From NCBI GenBank assembly GCA_965216785.1, contig OZ244197.1:128001-192000 (forward strand): a stretch of DNA of 64,000 nucleotides, read 5' to 3'. The translations under genes and the position numbers were made by a program. The notes under the pieces are model-generated. The model was not told the origin of the DNA and did no database searches. It saw nothing but the letters and a program-made list of their open reading frames with translations. Positions 1 to 10,495 of this stretch are shown here, piece after piece (positions within the stretch are counted from its first letter, which is position 1; each line of letters opens with the position of its first letter). The stretch is from Thermodesulfobacteriota bacterium (GTDB taxonomy: Bacteria; Desulfobacterota_D; UBA1144; Nemesobacterales; UBA2774).

Positions 1-16
1 TAAATCCGGAGGCATT

Positions 17-1828
17 ATGTCTGAGAATAACAGTGAGAGGAATATGGACTGGGACCTTACGAGCTACTTTGTGGAGTACGGGGGCCCTGAGATGAAGGAG
101 TTTAAGGCAAAGTTAAAAGAAGATATTCTAACAATGAAAGATGAAGCGGCTTCTCTTTCCCACCTGGACAACGAAAACCGAGAGGATTGGGAGAAGATTT
201 TTATTAAAAATGAAGAGATAGCCGCTCGTTATTCTCACCTGAGGTCTTACATCGGATGTCTAGCTTCAGCGGACAGTTTAAACGAGGATTTTCTGAAAGA
301 AGAGGCCGAGATGGCTTCACTCGGAGCTGAATATTCAAAATTAAACGTAGAGCTTCTAAGATCAATCAAGGACGCGTCTGACGAGGCGTTTTCAAATTTT
401 ACTAACCTGAGCTCGCTTGAGACGGCTGCGTATTATCTAGGCCGGGTACGTGAAGAAGCGCAGAAAAGGATGAAGCCCGAGGAGGAGATACTGGCGGCGG
501 ACCTGGGTGTGGACGGCATCGGCGCATGGGGCCGTTTGTACGATACTGTGTCGAGTAAGCTGGAGTTCGATATGGAGTACCCTGACGGAAGCGTAAAGAA
601 ACTACCCATGTCTCAGAGACGCTCGCTTATGGAAACGCCCGATAGGGAAATACGAAAAGCAGCTTTCGAAGGCGGGAACAAAGCCTGGCAGGGAATAGAG
701 GACGTGGCTGCAGGGGCGCTTAACGCAATTGCAGGAACGAGGCTAACGCTTAACCGCCACAGGGGTATAGACCATTTTCTGGAAGTAGCTCTATTTCAGT
801 CATCCATTAGCAGAAAAACCCTGGACTCGATGTTCGAGGCAATAAACTCAGAAATAGATATCCCCCGCGACATACTGCGGTACAAAGCAAAGACCATGGA
901 TAGGGACAAGATCGCCTGGTATGACCTGGGAGCACCGCTAGAGCTTGAAAACCAGAAAAAGCTTGAGTGGAATGACGCGAAAAAGCTGGTGGGAGACTCT
1001 TTCACTACAGCCTACCCAGAGCTTGGGGAATTCGTAGACAGCGCCTTCAAAAAGAACTGGATTGATTATACACCTAGGGAAGGCAAACGTCCCGGAGGGT
1101 TTTGCACAGGATCTCTGCTAACTAAAGAATCGAGAATCTTTATGACTTACAACGATACGATAGGGGACGTGCTCACTCTCGCGCACGAAGCGGGACACGC
1201 TTTTCACAGCCACGTGATGCGTGACATACGTACTTACGCCCACTACTACCCAATGACTCTCGCGGAGTCGGCATCTACGTTCGGGGAGATGATACTCGCT
1301 GAAGGAGTATTAGAAGACCCCGGTGTTGAGGATTCGGAGAAGGCGCTGATGCTTGACACCGAAGTTAATCACGGCGCGATTTATTTGATGGATATACCTG
1401 TGCGTTTTGAATTTGAAAAGGCGTTTTACGAGGAGCGACAAAAAGGGGAAGTGAGCGTTAGCCGACTTAAGGAGCTTATGGCACAAACACAGAGACGGAT
1501 ATTCGGGGATGTGCTTGAAGAGGGGGGAGAGGATCCTTATTTCTGGGCGTCCAAGCTTCATTTCTACATCACGGGGGTTACATTCTACAACTTCCCTTAT
1601 ACGTTCGGATATCTCCTTAGCCGGGGGCTATTTTCACTCTTCAAAAAAGAAGGCTCTGACTTCCTTCCTAAATATGAGGAATTTCTGAGGCTAACGGGCT
1701 CAGACACAGCGGAGAATGTAGCAAGACGCAGTATCGGGCAGGACCTTGAATCGCCTGAATTCTGGGTGGAATCTATCCGGACGCTTAAAGAGCCTTTTGA
1801 GAGGCTAAAAGGAATTTTAGAAAGCTAA
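17..1828 (+). CDS. pepF: M3 family oligoendopeptidase (PepF-like)
   Basis: HEAGH zinc motif, GKRPGGFC, LAESASTFGE and FYNFPYTFG motifs; GGAGG RBS upstream. Confidence 0.9.
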   Translation: MSENNSERNMDWDLTSYFVEYGGPEMKEFKAKLKEDILTMKDEAASLSHLDNENREDWEKIFIKNEEIAARYSHLRSYIGCLASADSLNEDFLKEEAEMASLGAEYSKLNVELLRSIKDASDEAFSNFTNLSSLETAAYYLGRVREEAQKRMKPEEEILAADLGVDGIGAWGRLYDTVSSKLEFDMEYPDGSVKKLPMSQRRSLMETPDREIRKAAFEGGNKAWQGIEDVAAGALNAIAGTRLTLNRHRGIDHFLEVALFQSSISRKTLDSMFEAINSEIDIPRDILRYKAKTMDRDKIAWYDLGAPLELENQKKLEWNDAKKLVGDSFTTAYPELGEFVDSAFKKNWIDYTPREGKRPGGFCTGSLLTKESRIFMTYNDTIGDVLTLAHEAGHAFHSHVMRDIRTYAHYYPMTLAESASTFGEMILAEGVLEDPGVEDSEKALMLDTEVNHGAIYLMDIPVRFEFEKAFYEERQKGEVSVSRLKELMAQTQRRIFGDVLEEGGEDPYFWASKLHFYITGVTFYNFPYTFGYLLSRGLFSLFKKEGSDFLPKYEEFLRLTGSDTAENVARRSIGQDLESPEFWVESIRTLKEPFERLKGILES

Positions 1829-1861
1829 AGTGTTAGATCAATAGAGCACAGGCGGCGGAGA

Positions 1862-2788
1862 TTACCACTTATCTAAGACGTTCAGCAGACCCGTTTGTGA
1901 GGAGTGAAACACCATATCTACTATTAAGGTCGCCATGATTACAAGCATATAGATAATAGATACCCCAAACGCCCTTCCATACCCCTTGTCCTTTATAGTG
2001 CTCCAGATGATCACGTAGTCAAAATAGACACCTGAGATTACGGCGAATATCGCAAAGAATATGCTGGCATAACCAAGAAACCAAAGCGACAGACTTAGAG
2101 GAAGCAGGGCAATCGAATAAAGAAGAATCATGACGTTTGTGAACTTGGTGCCTAGCGCAACAGGCATCACAGGTACCCCCGCCTTTTTGTAATCGAGCTT
2201 ATACTTCTGAGCCAGCGCCCAGAAATGTGGCGGCTGCCAGAGCATCATGAATATAAATAATATATAGCCATCTGCGCCTATTGCGGGCTGCACGGCCGAG
2301 TATCCGATTAAAACCGGGAGCGCTCCGGGAAGCCCGCCCAGGATCGTGCCGTACGGGGAGCTTCTTTTTAAATAGAGCGTGTATAGAAGCGTATAACTTA
2401 AGAAGGCTGCTATGGTTAAAAGGGCGTTTACTACGTTTATGTAATAAAAAGATATAAAAAGAGAGATGACTAGGAACACCGTCGATATAGCCACAGCGCT
2501 CTTAACCCCGAGTGCCTCGAGAGCGTCTACGCGCTTACTGAGCCTGTTCATCAGGATATCGATCTGCTTATCGAGAACGTTATTCAGAATTGCTGAGCCT
2601 GCCGCGCTGAGTAGAAGAGATACGAGGGTAAGCACTAATAAAGAAAGAGAGGGAATACCCCGGTTCGCAAGCACAATCCCCGCAAACCCGGTGAAAGCAA
2701 CGCTCAAAATAATTCCGGGCTTAGCAAGGAGAATAGTCGATACCACTATCTTCGCGGGAGCGCTTTGGGCTTGTTCCATTGTATTCAT
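1862..2788 (-). CDS. ctaB: Heme o synthase (protoheme IX farnesyltransferase)
   Basis: UbiA-type membrane protein with LYTLYLKR, LWQPPHFWALA and DYKKAGVPVMPV; last gene of cox operon. Confidence 0.93.
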   Translation of the reverse strand: MNTMEQAQSAPAKIVVSTILLAKPGIILSVAFTGFAGIVLANRGIPSLSLLVLTLVSLLLSAAGSAILNNVLDKQIDILMNRLSKRVDALEALGVKSAVAISTVFLVISLFISFYYINVVNALLTIAAFLSYTLLYTLYLKRSSPYGTILGGLPGALPVLIGYSAVQPAIGADGYILFIFMMLWQPPHFWALAQKYKLDYKKAGVPVMPVALGTKFTNVMILLYSIALLPLSLSLWFLGYASIFFAIFAVISGVYFDYVIIWSTIKDKGYGRAFGVSIIYMLVIMATLIVDMVFHSSQTGLLNVLDKW

Positions 2789-2818
2789 TAAACCCTGACC
2801 CTGGGACTGAGTTTTAGA

Positions 2819-3673
2819 TTATACACTACTTTCCCGCATACCCCGAAACCAAGTGTAGAACGCTGCGGTTAATATAAATAGCGCTACTAAAAGATGGAGA
2901 GCTATAACCAGGAAGTGGAGCTTTGAGCTTACTACGAGCACGCCAAGGAGTACTTGAACGATTATAAGCCCGAGTATCACAAGAATTTCGTTTCTGTACT
3001 TCGCAAGTCCTTTTTGTGAGTAAGAAAACAGCAGCAAAAGGAGCACTATTGCCGTTATTATGTAAGCTAATGTCCTGTGAGCGAAATGGTTCAGTATGAT
3101 CCCCGACAGCTCGGGCGGTATCCAGTAGCCAAGACATGTGGGGAAATCAGGGCACGCAAGACCGGCATCGGAATGCCTGACATATGCGCCGAGGATCGCC
3201 TGGCACGTAATGAGTATGGCTAGGAAAAAGAACACTCCCTTATAACCGTCTATACTGAAGAGAGTTTTTTGCTCCACCCCGTCAAAGGACACCATGTAGA
3301 GCACTAGAAGGAATATGACCATCGCGTTTGCAAAGTGGAATGTGGTAAGGTCCACCGGAAGCTCGAGGAGCACCACTATGCCTCCGAGAATAATTTGGAA
3401 AATGAGTAGAAGCACTGTTATAACAGGCAGGGCTTTTACAGCTCCGATATAACTCCTGACGCGCTGGTAGGCGAGTATGACAATAAACACGGAGGTCACG
3501 CCGCCTATAACCCTGTGCGTGAATTCCATATAGATATCCCATCTAAATGGTGGAAGTACTTTGCCGTGGCAAAGCGGCCAATCGGGACATGCGAGTCCCG
3601 CCTTGAGGCCTGCTACCAGGTTTCCCCATATTAAGAGTAAAAACAGAAGTGAAAGGGCGATCTTGCCAATCAT
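2819..3673 (-). CDS. ctaA: Heme A synthase (COX15/CtaA)
   Basis: GLACPDWPLC and GLACPDFPTC Cys pairs, EFTHR motif, about 8 TM helices. Confidence 0.9.
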   Translation of the reverse strand: MIGKIALSLLFLLLIWGNLVAGLKAGLACPDWPLCHGKVLPPFRWDIYMEFTHRVIGGVTSVFIVILAYQRVRSYIGAVKALPVITVLLLIFQIILGGIVVLLELPVDLTTFHFANAMVIFLLVLYMVSFDGVEQKTLFSIDGYKGVFFFLAILITCQAILGAYVRHSDAGLACPDFPTCLGYWIPPELSGIILNHFAHRTLAYIITAIVLLLLLFSYSQKGLAKYRNEILVILGLIIVQVLLGVLVVSSKLHFLVIALHLLVALFILTAAFYTWFRGMRESSV

Positions 3674-3688
3674 ATATTCTAAAACCGC

Positions 3689-3997
3689 TTAGATAGGAAA
3701 TATCCTGGTAAAAGTATCGATGATGGTCATACCTATCAGGAGTGCCAATAGAGCTAAGGGGAAAAGAGCAAAGCCCCAGGTGATACTGTCTTCAAATTTG
3801 AGGTGCATAAAGAAGAGCGCGACCACCGCAGCTTTTACGGATGCAACACTCATCGCTACGACTATATTGAATATACCCACATCTATGTATGATACGTAAA
3901 CGGTAACAGCCGTTAGTATCATTAGTAGAATCCATATTAATATGTATGTTTTATAACTCGTTATATGGTGCTCTTCGCTGCTTGAATGTGATGACAT
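3689..3997 (-). CDS. ctaF: Cytochrome c oxidase subunit IV (caa3-type)
   Basis: KAAVVALFFMHLK motif; start moved to ATG 3997 behind AAGGAGG RBS. Confidence 0.85.
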   Translation of the reverse strand: MSSHSSSEEHHITSYKTYILIWILLMILTAVTVYVSYIDVGIFNIVVAMSVASVKAAVVALFFMHLKFEDSITWGFALFPLALLALLIGMTIIDTFTRIFPI

Positions 3998-4014
3998 TTT
4001 AAGTTGATACCTCC

Positions 4015-4620
4015 TTAGCCTATTAAATAAAGAAGCGGGAATAGATAGATCCAAATTAAGTCCACTAAGTGCCAGTAAAGCCCGCCGAGCTCTACAGGCG
4101 TGCTGTATTTTTCATTGAATTTGCCCTTCATAGTAAGAACTAGAATTGTCGCTAGAATACCTATACCTATGAAAACGTGAAGCATATGAAGACCAGTCAG
4201 CATAAAGTAGAGAGAGAAGAAAATACTGGTGTCGGGGTATATGTGGTGTGAGAATTTAGCTCCGTACTCAAAATACTTAACCACAGCGAACGCGAGGCCG
4301 CATAAGATCGTAATAAAAAGCATAAGTGAAGTAAGCTTCTGTTTACCCCTTTGTATCGCGGTAACACCAATGGCCATTGTCATACTACTGAATATAAGTA
4401 CGCATGTGTTTATTGCGCCCATCTCCCGGTTTAGCTCTCTGTGCTGCTCCAAAAACATTTCCGGATACTTGGCTCTGAAAATCGCGTACGCTGCGAAGAG
4501 GCCGCCGAAAAGCATTACCTCCGTGCCTAAAAAGAGCCACATACCCAGCTTGGATACGCCGTAAGCCTCACGCGGGCTCATCTCGTGCCCGTGGGATTTA
4601 TCCATAGTAGCTTGTTCCAT
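4015..4620 (-). CDS. ctaE: Cytochrome c oxidase subunit III
   Basis: LGMWLFLGTEVMLFGGLF, TGLHMLHV and GLYWHLVDLIWI motifs; start 4620 or 4626. Confidence 0.93.
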   Translation of the reverse strand: MEQATMDKSHGHEMSPREAYGVSKLGMWLFLGTEVMLFGGLFAAYAIFRAKYPEMFLEQHRELNREMGAINTCVLIFSSMTMAIGVTAIQRGKQKLTSLMLFITILCGLAFAVVKYFEYGAKFSHHIYPDTSIFFSLYFMLTGLHMLHVFIGIGILATILVLTMKGKFNEKYSTPVELGGLYWHLVDLIWIYLFPLLYLIG

Positions 4621-4698
4621 TTTCAATTATCTCCTAATAACTCTATCCTTCTTTATTTATGTCCCTATGCTATTTCTAAATGCTAAATATTATCTCTT

Positions 4699-6303
4699 TT
4701 AACTCTTTTTACCGTAGCCGTAAGTCCAGTCGGTAACATGTGGTATTTCTTCAAAATTCTCATGAGGCGGAGGTGATGGGACCTGCCACTCAAGTGAGAG
4801 CGACCCGTAGGGGTTCTGAGGCGCTTTTTCCTTTGAGAATAGTCCAGATATCAGGTTTACGGTCATGATAAGAAGCCCAAGACCCAATATCCACGATCCG
4901 TAAGTTGATAGAGCCATGAGCGATTCGAATTCCTCAGGATATGTAGCGTAGCGTCTCGGCATACCCTGAACACCCAAGAAGAACTGAGGGAAAAACGTAA
5001 CGTTGAACCCAACGAAGATGAGGAACCAGGAAATTTTGGCAATACTCTCGTTAAACATCTTGCCGAACCACTTGGGATACCAGAAGTGAAGCGCTCCCAA
5101 AAAGCCCATTACCGTACCTCCAATCATGACGTAGTGCATGTGAGCAACTACAAAATACGTGTCGTGGAGGTGAATATCGGCCGCTAATGCGCCGAGGAAG
5201 AGCCCCGTGAGTCCGCCGATGGTGAAGAGGAAAAGAAAACCAAGCGCATAGAGCATGGCGGAGTGGAGCTGAATAGAGCCTTTATATAGGGTAGCAGTCC
5301 AGTTGAAAACTTTTATTGCCGTAGGTATGGCTACAAGGAAAGTGAGGAACGAGAAAATAGTCGCCGCGACCTCTGAAATGCCCGCTGTGAACATATGGTG
5401 CGCCCATACTAAAAAGCTTATGAACGCAATGCCAAGACTCGAATATGCAATTGCCTTATATCCAAATATGGGCTTTCTGGCAAAGACCGGAATTATCTCT
5501 GAGATGACACCCATCGCGGGGATGATCATGATGTATACGGCCGGGTGCGAGTAGAACCAGAAAAAGTTCTGAAATAGCACCGGGTCACCGCCCTTGGCGG
5601 GATCGAAGAATCCTACTCCGAGCGTTCTTTCCGCAATAAGCAGTAAGAGCGTAATACCAACTACCGGGGTAGCAAGAAGCTGAAGTATGGCTGTTGCGTA
5701 TGAGGCCCATATGAAAAGCGGTAGTCTGTGCCAGGTCATTCCGGGCGCCCTCATTTTATGAATAGTTACGATGAAGTTCATACCGGTTAGAATCGATGAG
5801 AACCCGAGCACGAACACTCCGAACGTTATAAGCACTACGTCCGCGTCGGTCGTGGCACTGTAGGGCGTATAGAACGTCCAGCCGGTATCTGCGGGCTGAA
5901 GAAGCGCAAACAGTACGATCACGGTCCCAAGAAGGTATATCCACCAACTTCCAATATTTAGCTTGGGGAACGCCACATCAGGCGCGCCTATCATAAGCGG
6001 TATTAGAAAGTTACCGAAGCTCGCCGCAAGTCCAGGGACAATGAAGAAGAATACCATCATGGACCCGTGCAGCGTAAAGAGCACGTTGTATGTGTGTGGA
6101 TCTACAAAGTCCGCAACGGGCGTTAGAAGCTCATAGCGCATAAGCAGCGCTATAATGCCTGCAATCGCGAAGAAAACCGATATCGAGATTAGATATAGGA
6201 TTCCGATTTTTTTATGATCAGTCGTTACAAGCCAGGAAAGCAGCCCCGGTTTCTCTTGTAAAAACGGTACATACACATGTTCGGCAATAGTATTATTTGC
6301 CAT
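4699..6303 (-). CDS. ctaD: Cytochrome c oxidase subunit I, type A2
   Basis: [15 protein letters not shown] (YS motif of type A2), [24 protein letters not shown]. Confidence 0.97.
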   Translation of the reverse strand: MANNTIAEHVYVPFLQEKPGLLSWLVTTDHKKIGILYLISISVFFAIAGIIALLMRYELLTPVADFVDPHTYNVLFTLHGSMMVFFFIVPGLAASFGNFLIPLMIGAPDVAFPKLNIGSWWIYLLGTVIVLFALLQPADTGWTFYTPYSATTDADVVLITFGVFVLGFSSILTGMNFIVTIHKMRAPGMTWHRLPLFIWASYATAILQLLATPVVGITLLLLIAERTLGVGFFDPAKGGDPVLFQNFFWFYSHPAVYIMIIPAMGVISEIIPVFARKPIFGYKAIAYSSLGIAFISFLVWAHHMFTAGISEVAATIFSFLTFLVAIPTAIKVFNWTATLYKGSIQLHSAMLYALGFLFLFTIGGLTGLFLGALAADIHLHDTYFVVAHMHYVMIGGTVMGFLGALHFWYPKWFGKMFNESIAKISWFLIFVGFNVTFFPQFFLGVQGMPRRYATYPEEFESLMALSTYGSWILGLGLLIMTVNLISGLFSKEKAPQNPYGSLSLEWQVPSPPPHENFEEIPHVTDWTYGYGKKS

Positions 6304-6331
6304 TATTACGCCTCCTTAAAGATTAAAAACT

Positions 6332-7270
6332 TCAGTTAAGTGTTTTCATATACGCAATTAGCGCAGAAATGTCATCTTCGCTTAGTATACCTTTAAATGA
6401 CGGCATTACAGGCTGAAACCCCTTTACAATCTGAGCCTGCGGCTCAAGTATCGACTGTCTTATATAATTTTCATCCACAGAGTAGCTTTCGCCGTCCGCA
6501 AGCTCTCCTGTCTTGCCTATTAGGCCCTTAAAAGACGGACCTAAAACCACCGAGCCGTCAACGCTGTGACAGGCGTTACAACCCTTTTCCGTATATAGCT
6601 TTTCCCCAAGCTCCGCAGCACTCAAACCGGCAACCGCGGGGCCTTCTTCTACCTGGGCTCCGTTCTCCCATATATCATAGGCTTCAGGGCTCAGTACGTT
6701 CACCTTTGCGAGCATTTTCGAATGCCCGGTGCCGCAGTACTCGGCACAGAACAAATCGAACGTGCCGACTTTAGTCGGAGTAAACCAGAGCTGGGTATAA
6801 CGCCCGGGAATGAGATCTTGCTTAACGCGGAACTGCGGTACGAAAAAGCTGTGCAGCACGTCGTCAGCCCTCATCACCATTCTTACCGGAACATTCTGTT
6901 CTACAAAAAGCTCGTTCAACGTTTTCTTACCGTTATAATAATCAAACTCCCAAAGCCACTGCTTTCCTACCACAGTTATATCGACCGCGTCCTTAGGCGG
7001 GGTCCTCATGTCCTTATAGACAACAAAGGCGTATACGAATAGGACAATAAGCAGAATCGATGGGATTACGGTCCAAATTATTTCTAATGGCTCGCTTCCG
7101 GTGATGTAAGGAGTCTCGTCGTTCTCTGAGCGTCTTCTATATTTTATAGAGAAATAAACTAGCAAAACCGTTATGAGCACAAAGAAAACGACAGACATTA
7201 TAGTAATAAGCCACAGCACCCCGTCCACTTTACCAGCCAGATTCGATGCAACTTCGGGAATCCAAGTCAT
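6332..7270 (-). CDS. ctaC: Cytochrome c oxidase subunit II with C-terminal cytochrome c (caa3)
   Basis: CuA ligands DVLHSF and CAEYCGTGHSKM; heme c motif CNACH. Confidence 0.96.
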   Translation of the reverse strand: MTWIPEVASNLAGKVDGVLWLITIMSVVFFVLITVLLVYFSIKYRRRSENDETPYITGSEPLEIIWTVIPSILLIVLFVYAFVVYKDMRTPPKDAVDITVVGKQWLWEFDYYNGKKTLNELFVEQNVPVRMVMRADDVLHSFFVPQFRVKQDLIPGRYTQLWFTPTKVGTFDLFCAEYCGTGHSKMLAKVNVLSPEAYDIWENGAQVEEGPAVAGLSAAELGEKLYTEKGCNACHSVDGSVVLGPSFKGLIGKTGELADGESYSVDENYIRQSILEPQAQIVKGFQPVMPSFKGILSEDDISALIAYMKTLN

Positions 7271-7294
7271 ATGATATCCTTTAAACCTCCATTC

Positions 7295-8116
7295 CTATTG
7301 GGGGTCCTTATTCTCTCTTCTCCAGAAATATGTCAATGTTCCGCATAACAGCAGTAACGTGACAACCCCGCTTGCTTTAACAATATTGAGCGCTTTTAGT
7401 GCATATCTTTTTCCAATCGGATCAAACCCATAGCAAAAAAGAAGTACCTGATTCATTAATTTAGATGAGCCTATTTCCCCTCTTGAAGTCTCAAGAAGTG
7501 ACAGCCTGAAGTCTGAGGGTTCATGCTGTATACCGTGTAGATACCTCGTGACTTTTCCTTCGGGTGAAATAAAAATCAGAGCGGAGCCGTGGGCAAACTC
7601 GTCCCCGTCTTTAAAGTATCTGAATCCCACAGAATCGGTAAGACTTTTAATGTTTTCGGCACTACCTGTAAGAAACTGCCAGTCCGACACACCCGGGTCG
7701 GCGTTTTTAACCGCCCCTCTGTAACGTAGAGCCTTAGACTCGGCAAGCTCAGGGGTTTCTTCAGGGTCAAAGCTCACTGTTAGTACTTTATAATCTTCAC
7801 CGAGAGTAAGGTAGTTGAGCTCACCTATTACTTGAAGAAGTCCGTCTGTCGCGAAATTACAAACTCTCGGGCAGCTATAGTACACTAGGTTCAAAACTGT
7901 GGGAACATCTTGGGATAGTAATTCTTTGGTTGTGACTGTATCTCCGGTTTCATTTACAAGCTCTATGTCAGAAGGTATATAGGCCCCGAGTTTTTCATCG
8001 ATCCCCATATTCTTAACGTCTCTTGCATCTGTCAGCGCGAAAGCAATATTGGAGCTAAGCAGCATTAGCGTCGCAGCTGTAATCACAGTAAACCGAATGT
8101 AAATATTATTATTCAT
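7295..8116 (-). CDS. SCO family copper chaperone
   Basis: CPRVC (CxxxC) plus conserved His in FAHGS, signal peptide and C-terminal TM; first gene of cox operon. Confidence 0.88.
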   Translation of the reverse strand: MNNNIYIRFTVITAATLMLLSSNIAFALTDARDVKNMGIDEKLGAYIPSDIELVNETGDTVTTKELLSQDVPTVLNLVYYSCPRVCNFATDGLLQVIGELNYLTLGEDYKVLTVSFDPEETPELAESKALRYRGAVKNADPGVSDWQFLTGSAENIKSLTDSVGFRYFKDGDEFAHGSALIFISPEGKVTRYLHGIQHEPSDFRLSLLETSRGEIGSSKLMNQVLLFCYGFDPIGKRYALKALNIVKASGVVTLLLLCGTLTYFWRRENKDPQ

Positions 8117-8302
8117 GAAATTATATGCCCTAATTACAGAACTCTTTGTATCACCCGACTACACTCGCTTTGCCTGCAAACTACTTATGATGAAGAGTCG
8201 GCTTTTCCCATAATTTCAGTGTGATAACAGGGTATTACTATAAATACTGGTGTGGTTATTTGCCTTTATGTATTCTTGACCCTAATAACCAAAACGTGCT
8301 TG

Positions 8303-8330
8303 ATTGTAGCTGATTATAAAATCATGTCAA
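8303..8330 (-). promoter_or_regulatory. Putative sigma70 promoter of sco-cox operon
   Basis: Minus strand TTGACA-N16-TACAAT; spacer contains imperfect palindrome TGATT-N4-AATCA. Confidence 0.55.
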
Positions 8331-8397
8331 GCCCGGAATGAAGCGCGTATGAAGACAATATTTGGAACTTAAAACTATTGATTATAGTATTATTCCT

Positions 8398-9360
8398 ATG
8401 GGCTCAATTACAGATATAGAAGGTATAAAAGTAGGACACGCCTCTGACACTGAAGCGGTAACCGGGTGTACAGTGATACTTTTTGATAAACCCGCACTAG
8501 GCGCAGTCGACATGAGAGGCGGCGGAACGAGTACAAGACAGATAGACCCTCTGCTCTCACACAACACGTTCGGAAAAATCCACGGAGTGCTGTTTACCGG
8601 CGGTAGCGCGTTTGGCCTTGACGCCTCGAGTGGGGTAATGAAATATCTTGAGGAAAATAATACGGGCCTCCACGTGGGCGGCGGAACTTATGTGCCCTCT
8701 GTTCCCACAGCCGTTATATTCGACCTCGGTATAGGGGACGGAACCGTGAGACCGAACAGTGAAATGGGATACAGAGCCTGTGTCAACGCTAAGAGTGATA
8801 ACACTGAGCAAGGCAGCGTGGGCGCGGGAACGGGAGCAAGTATCGGAAAGCTCCTTGGAATAAGCCATGCGACGAAGGGGGGAATCGGGCAGTCGAGCTT
8901 CAAATTTGAAAACGGAGTCACGGTCGGAGTACTTACGGTAGTGAATGCTTTTGGAGATATCGTATCGAGAAAAACGGGGGAAGTAATAGCAGGGCTTAGA
9001 GACACGCCTGACGGGAATACTTTTCCGGGTACCGTAAATCTTATGAGAAAGGGCGTGGTGAGAGAATTTGAAGAGCCTTGGAATACAACACTAGCCCTGG
9101 TCGCAACCGACGCGGAGCTGTCCAACGGAGAGCTTGAGAGAGTATCCATAATGGCTCAAAGCGGACTTTCCAAAGTGATCTCTCCCGTAAACACAGGAGC
9201 AGACGGCGATCTGGTAGTAGCAGTATCCACAGGAGGCCTTAAGGGAGACGCAAATGCCGTTGGCTCGGTCGCGGCTGAGCTGCTCGCGGAATCTATAGTA
9301 AGGGCGTCCCAGGAATCTAAAAGCCTTGGCGGCGTACCATCCCCAGCGGATTTTAGGTAG
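8398..9360 (+). CDS. P1/S58 family peptidase (DmpA-like)
   Basis: ITDIEGIKVGH, TGGSAFGL, GSVGAGTGA and NTTL motifs; start uncertain (8362 or 8398). Confidence 0.88.
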   Translation: MGSITDIEGIKVGHASDTEAVTGCTVILFDKPALGAVDMRGGGTSTRQIDPLLSHNTFGKIHGVLFTGGSAFGLDASSGVMKYLEENNTGLHVGGGTYVPSVPTAVIFDLGIGDGTVRPNSEMGYRACVNAKSDNTEQGSVGAGTGASIGKLLGISHATKGGIGQSSFKFENGVTVGVLTVVNAFGDIVSRKTGEVIAGLRDTPDGNTFPGTVNLMRKGVVREFEEPWNTTLALVATDAELSNGELERVSIMAQSGLSKVISPVNTGADGDLVVAVSTGGLKGDANAVGSVAAELLAESIVRASQESKSLGGVPSPADFR

Positions 9361-9367
9361 AGAAAAG

Positions 9368-10495
9368 CTATTTAAGGTCTATAGCCTCTCCTGCAGACAT
9401 GGAGAACTTTCGCATCCTGATCCCAAGCACGATGCCGACCCCGATAAAAGCGGTAAGTGTGGAAGAGCCACCGTAGCTGAATATCAGAAGCGGCACTCCC
9501 GTAACGGGCAGTAGACCGACAACCATGCCTACATTGACAAGGACGTGCCAGAAGAACATCGCGGCTATTCCGAACGATACAAGCATCGAGAATTTATCAC
9601 GCGATCGTCCCGAAGTATCCAGAATCCAAAGGATGATCATAAAATAAAGAAGCAGCGCGAATATCCCGCCCAAAAAACCCCACTCTTCTGCGAGTACAGA
9701 GAAAGCGAAATCCGTCTGCTGCGCGGGAATAAATCTGAGCTGAGACTGAGAGCCTGCCTTAAACCCCTTTCCGATTATCCTTCCCGAGCCTACTGCAATC
9801 TGTGACTGAATTGCATTGTAACCTGCGTCAAGCGGGTCTCTTGAGGGATCGAGAAAAGTCTTGATCCTGTCTTTTTGATAGGGCTTCAGAAAAAAGTTCC
9901 ACGCGGGATATGACAGAGCAAGCAGCGCGACTAATATTAAAGCTACAGAGCGTTTCCTGACACCCATGAAAAGCACCATGCTCCCCGAGATGAGAATAAT
10001 GGTGAGAGCGGTCCCCAGATCGGGCTGCATCATCACAAGAGCAAGCGGAAGCCCGATTAGCGCAGCGGGCTTAATTAGATCGAGGAAGCCGTAAGGACCC
10101 TGCTGGTAGTCATTGTCGTAGAACCGCGCGAGAGCCAGAATCAGCGGGATCTTAATAAACTCGGAGGGTTGTATCGTCCCTAGAGAGCCGATCTGAATCC
10201 AGCTCGATGAGCCGGAGACTGTCTTTCCGAAAAAGAGCACATAGACAAGAAGCAGTACCGAGAGAGCGTAGATATATAGAGAGTACCTTTTGAGGAGACG
10301 GTAGTTAATAAAGGATATGAGTATCATGATGACTATGCCGATGACCACCCAAACAAGCTGTTTTTTGAATGAAGCAAGCCCGGTCTCGTATGAAGCGCTG
10401 TAGAGGTTGAGTAGCGCTATGCACGAAAAAGCTATAGTCATAAAGAATAAAGACCACCCGAAGCCAATGAGCAGTCTTCTATCAAACATTATCAT
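9368..10495 (-). CDS. rodA: Rod shape-determining protein RodA (SEDS)
   Basis: QPSEFIK, QPDLGT, TDFAFSVLAEEWG and SYGGSS; follows mrdA. Confidence 0.96.
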   Translation of the reverse strand: MIMFDRRLLIGFGWSLFFMTIAFSCIALLNLYSASYETGLASFKKQLVWVVIGIVIMILISFINYRLLKRYSLYIYALSVLLLVYVLFFGKTVSGSSSWIQIGSLGTIQPSEFIKIPLILALARFYDNDYQQGPYGFLDLIKPAALIGLPLALVMMQPDLGTALTIILISGSMVLFMGVRKRSVALILVALLALSYPAWNFFLKPYQKDRIKTFLDPSRDPLDAGYNAIQSQIAVGSGRIIGKGFKAGSQSQLRFIPAQQTDFAFSVLAEEWGFLGGIFALLLYFMIILWILDTSGRSRDKFSMLVSFGIAAMFFWHVLVNVGMVVGLLPVTGVPLLIFSYGGSSTLTAFIGVGIVLGIRMRKFSMSAGEAIDLK

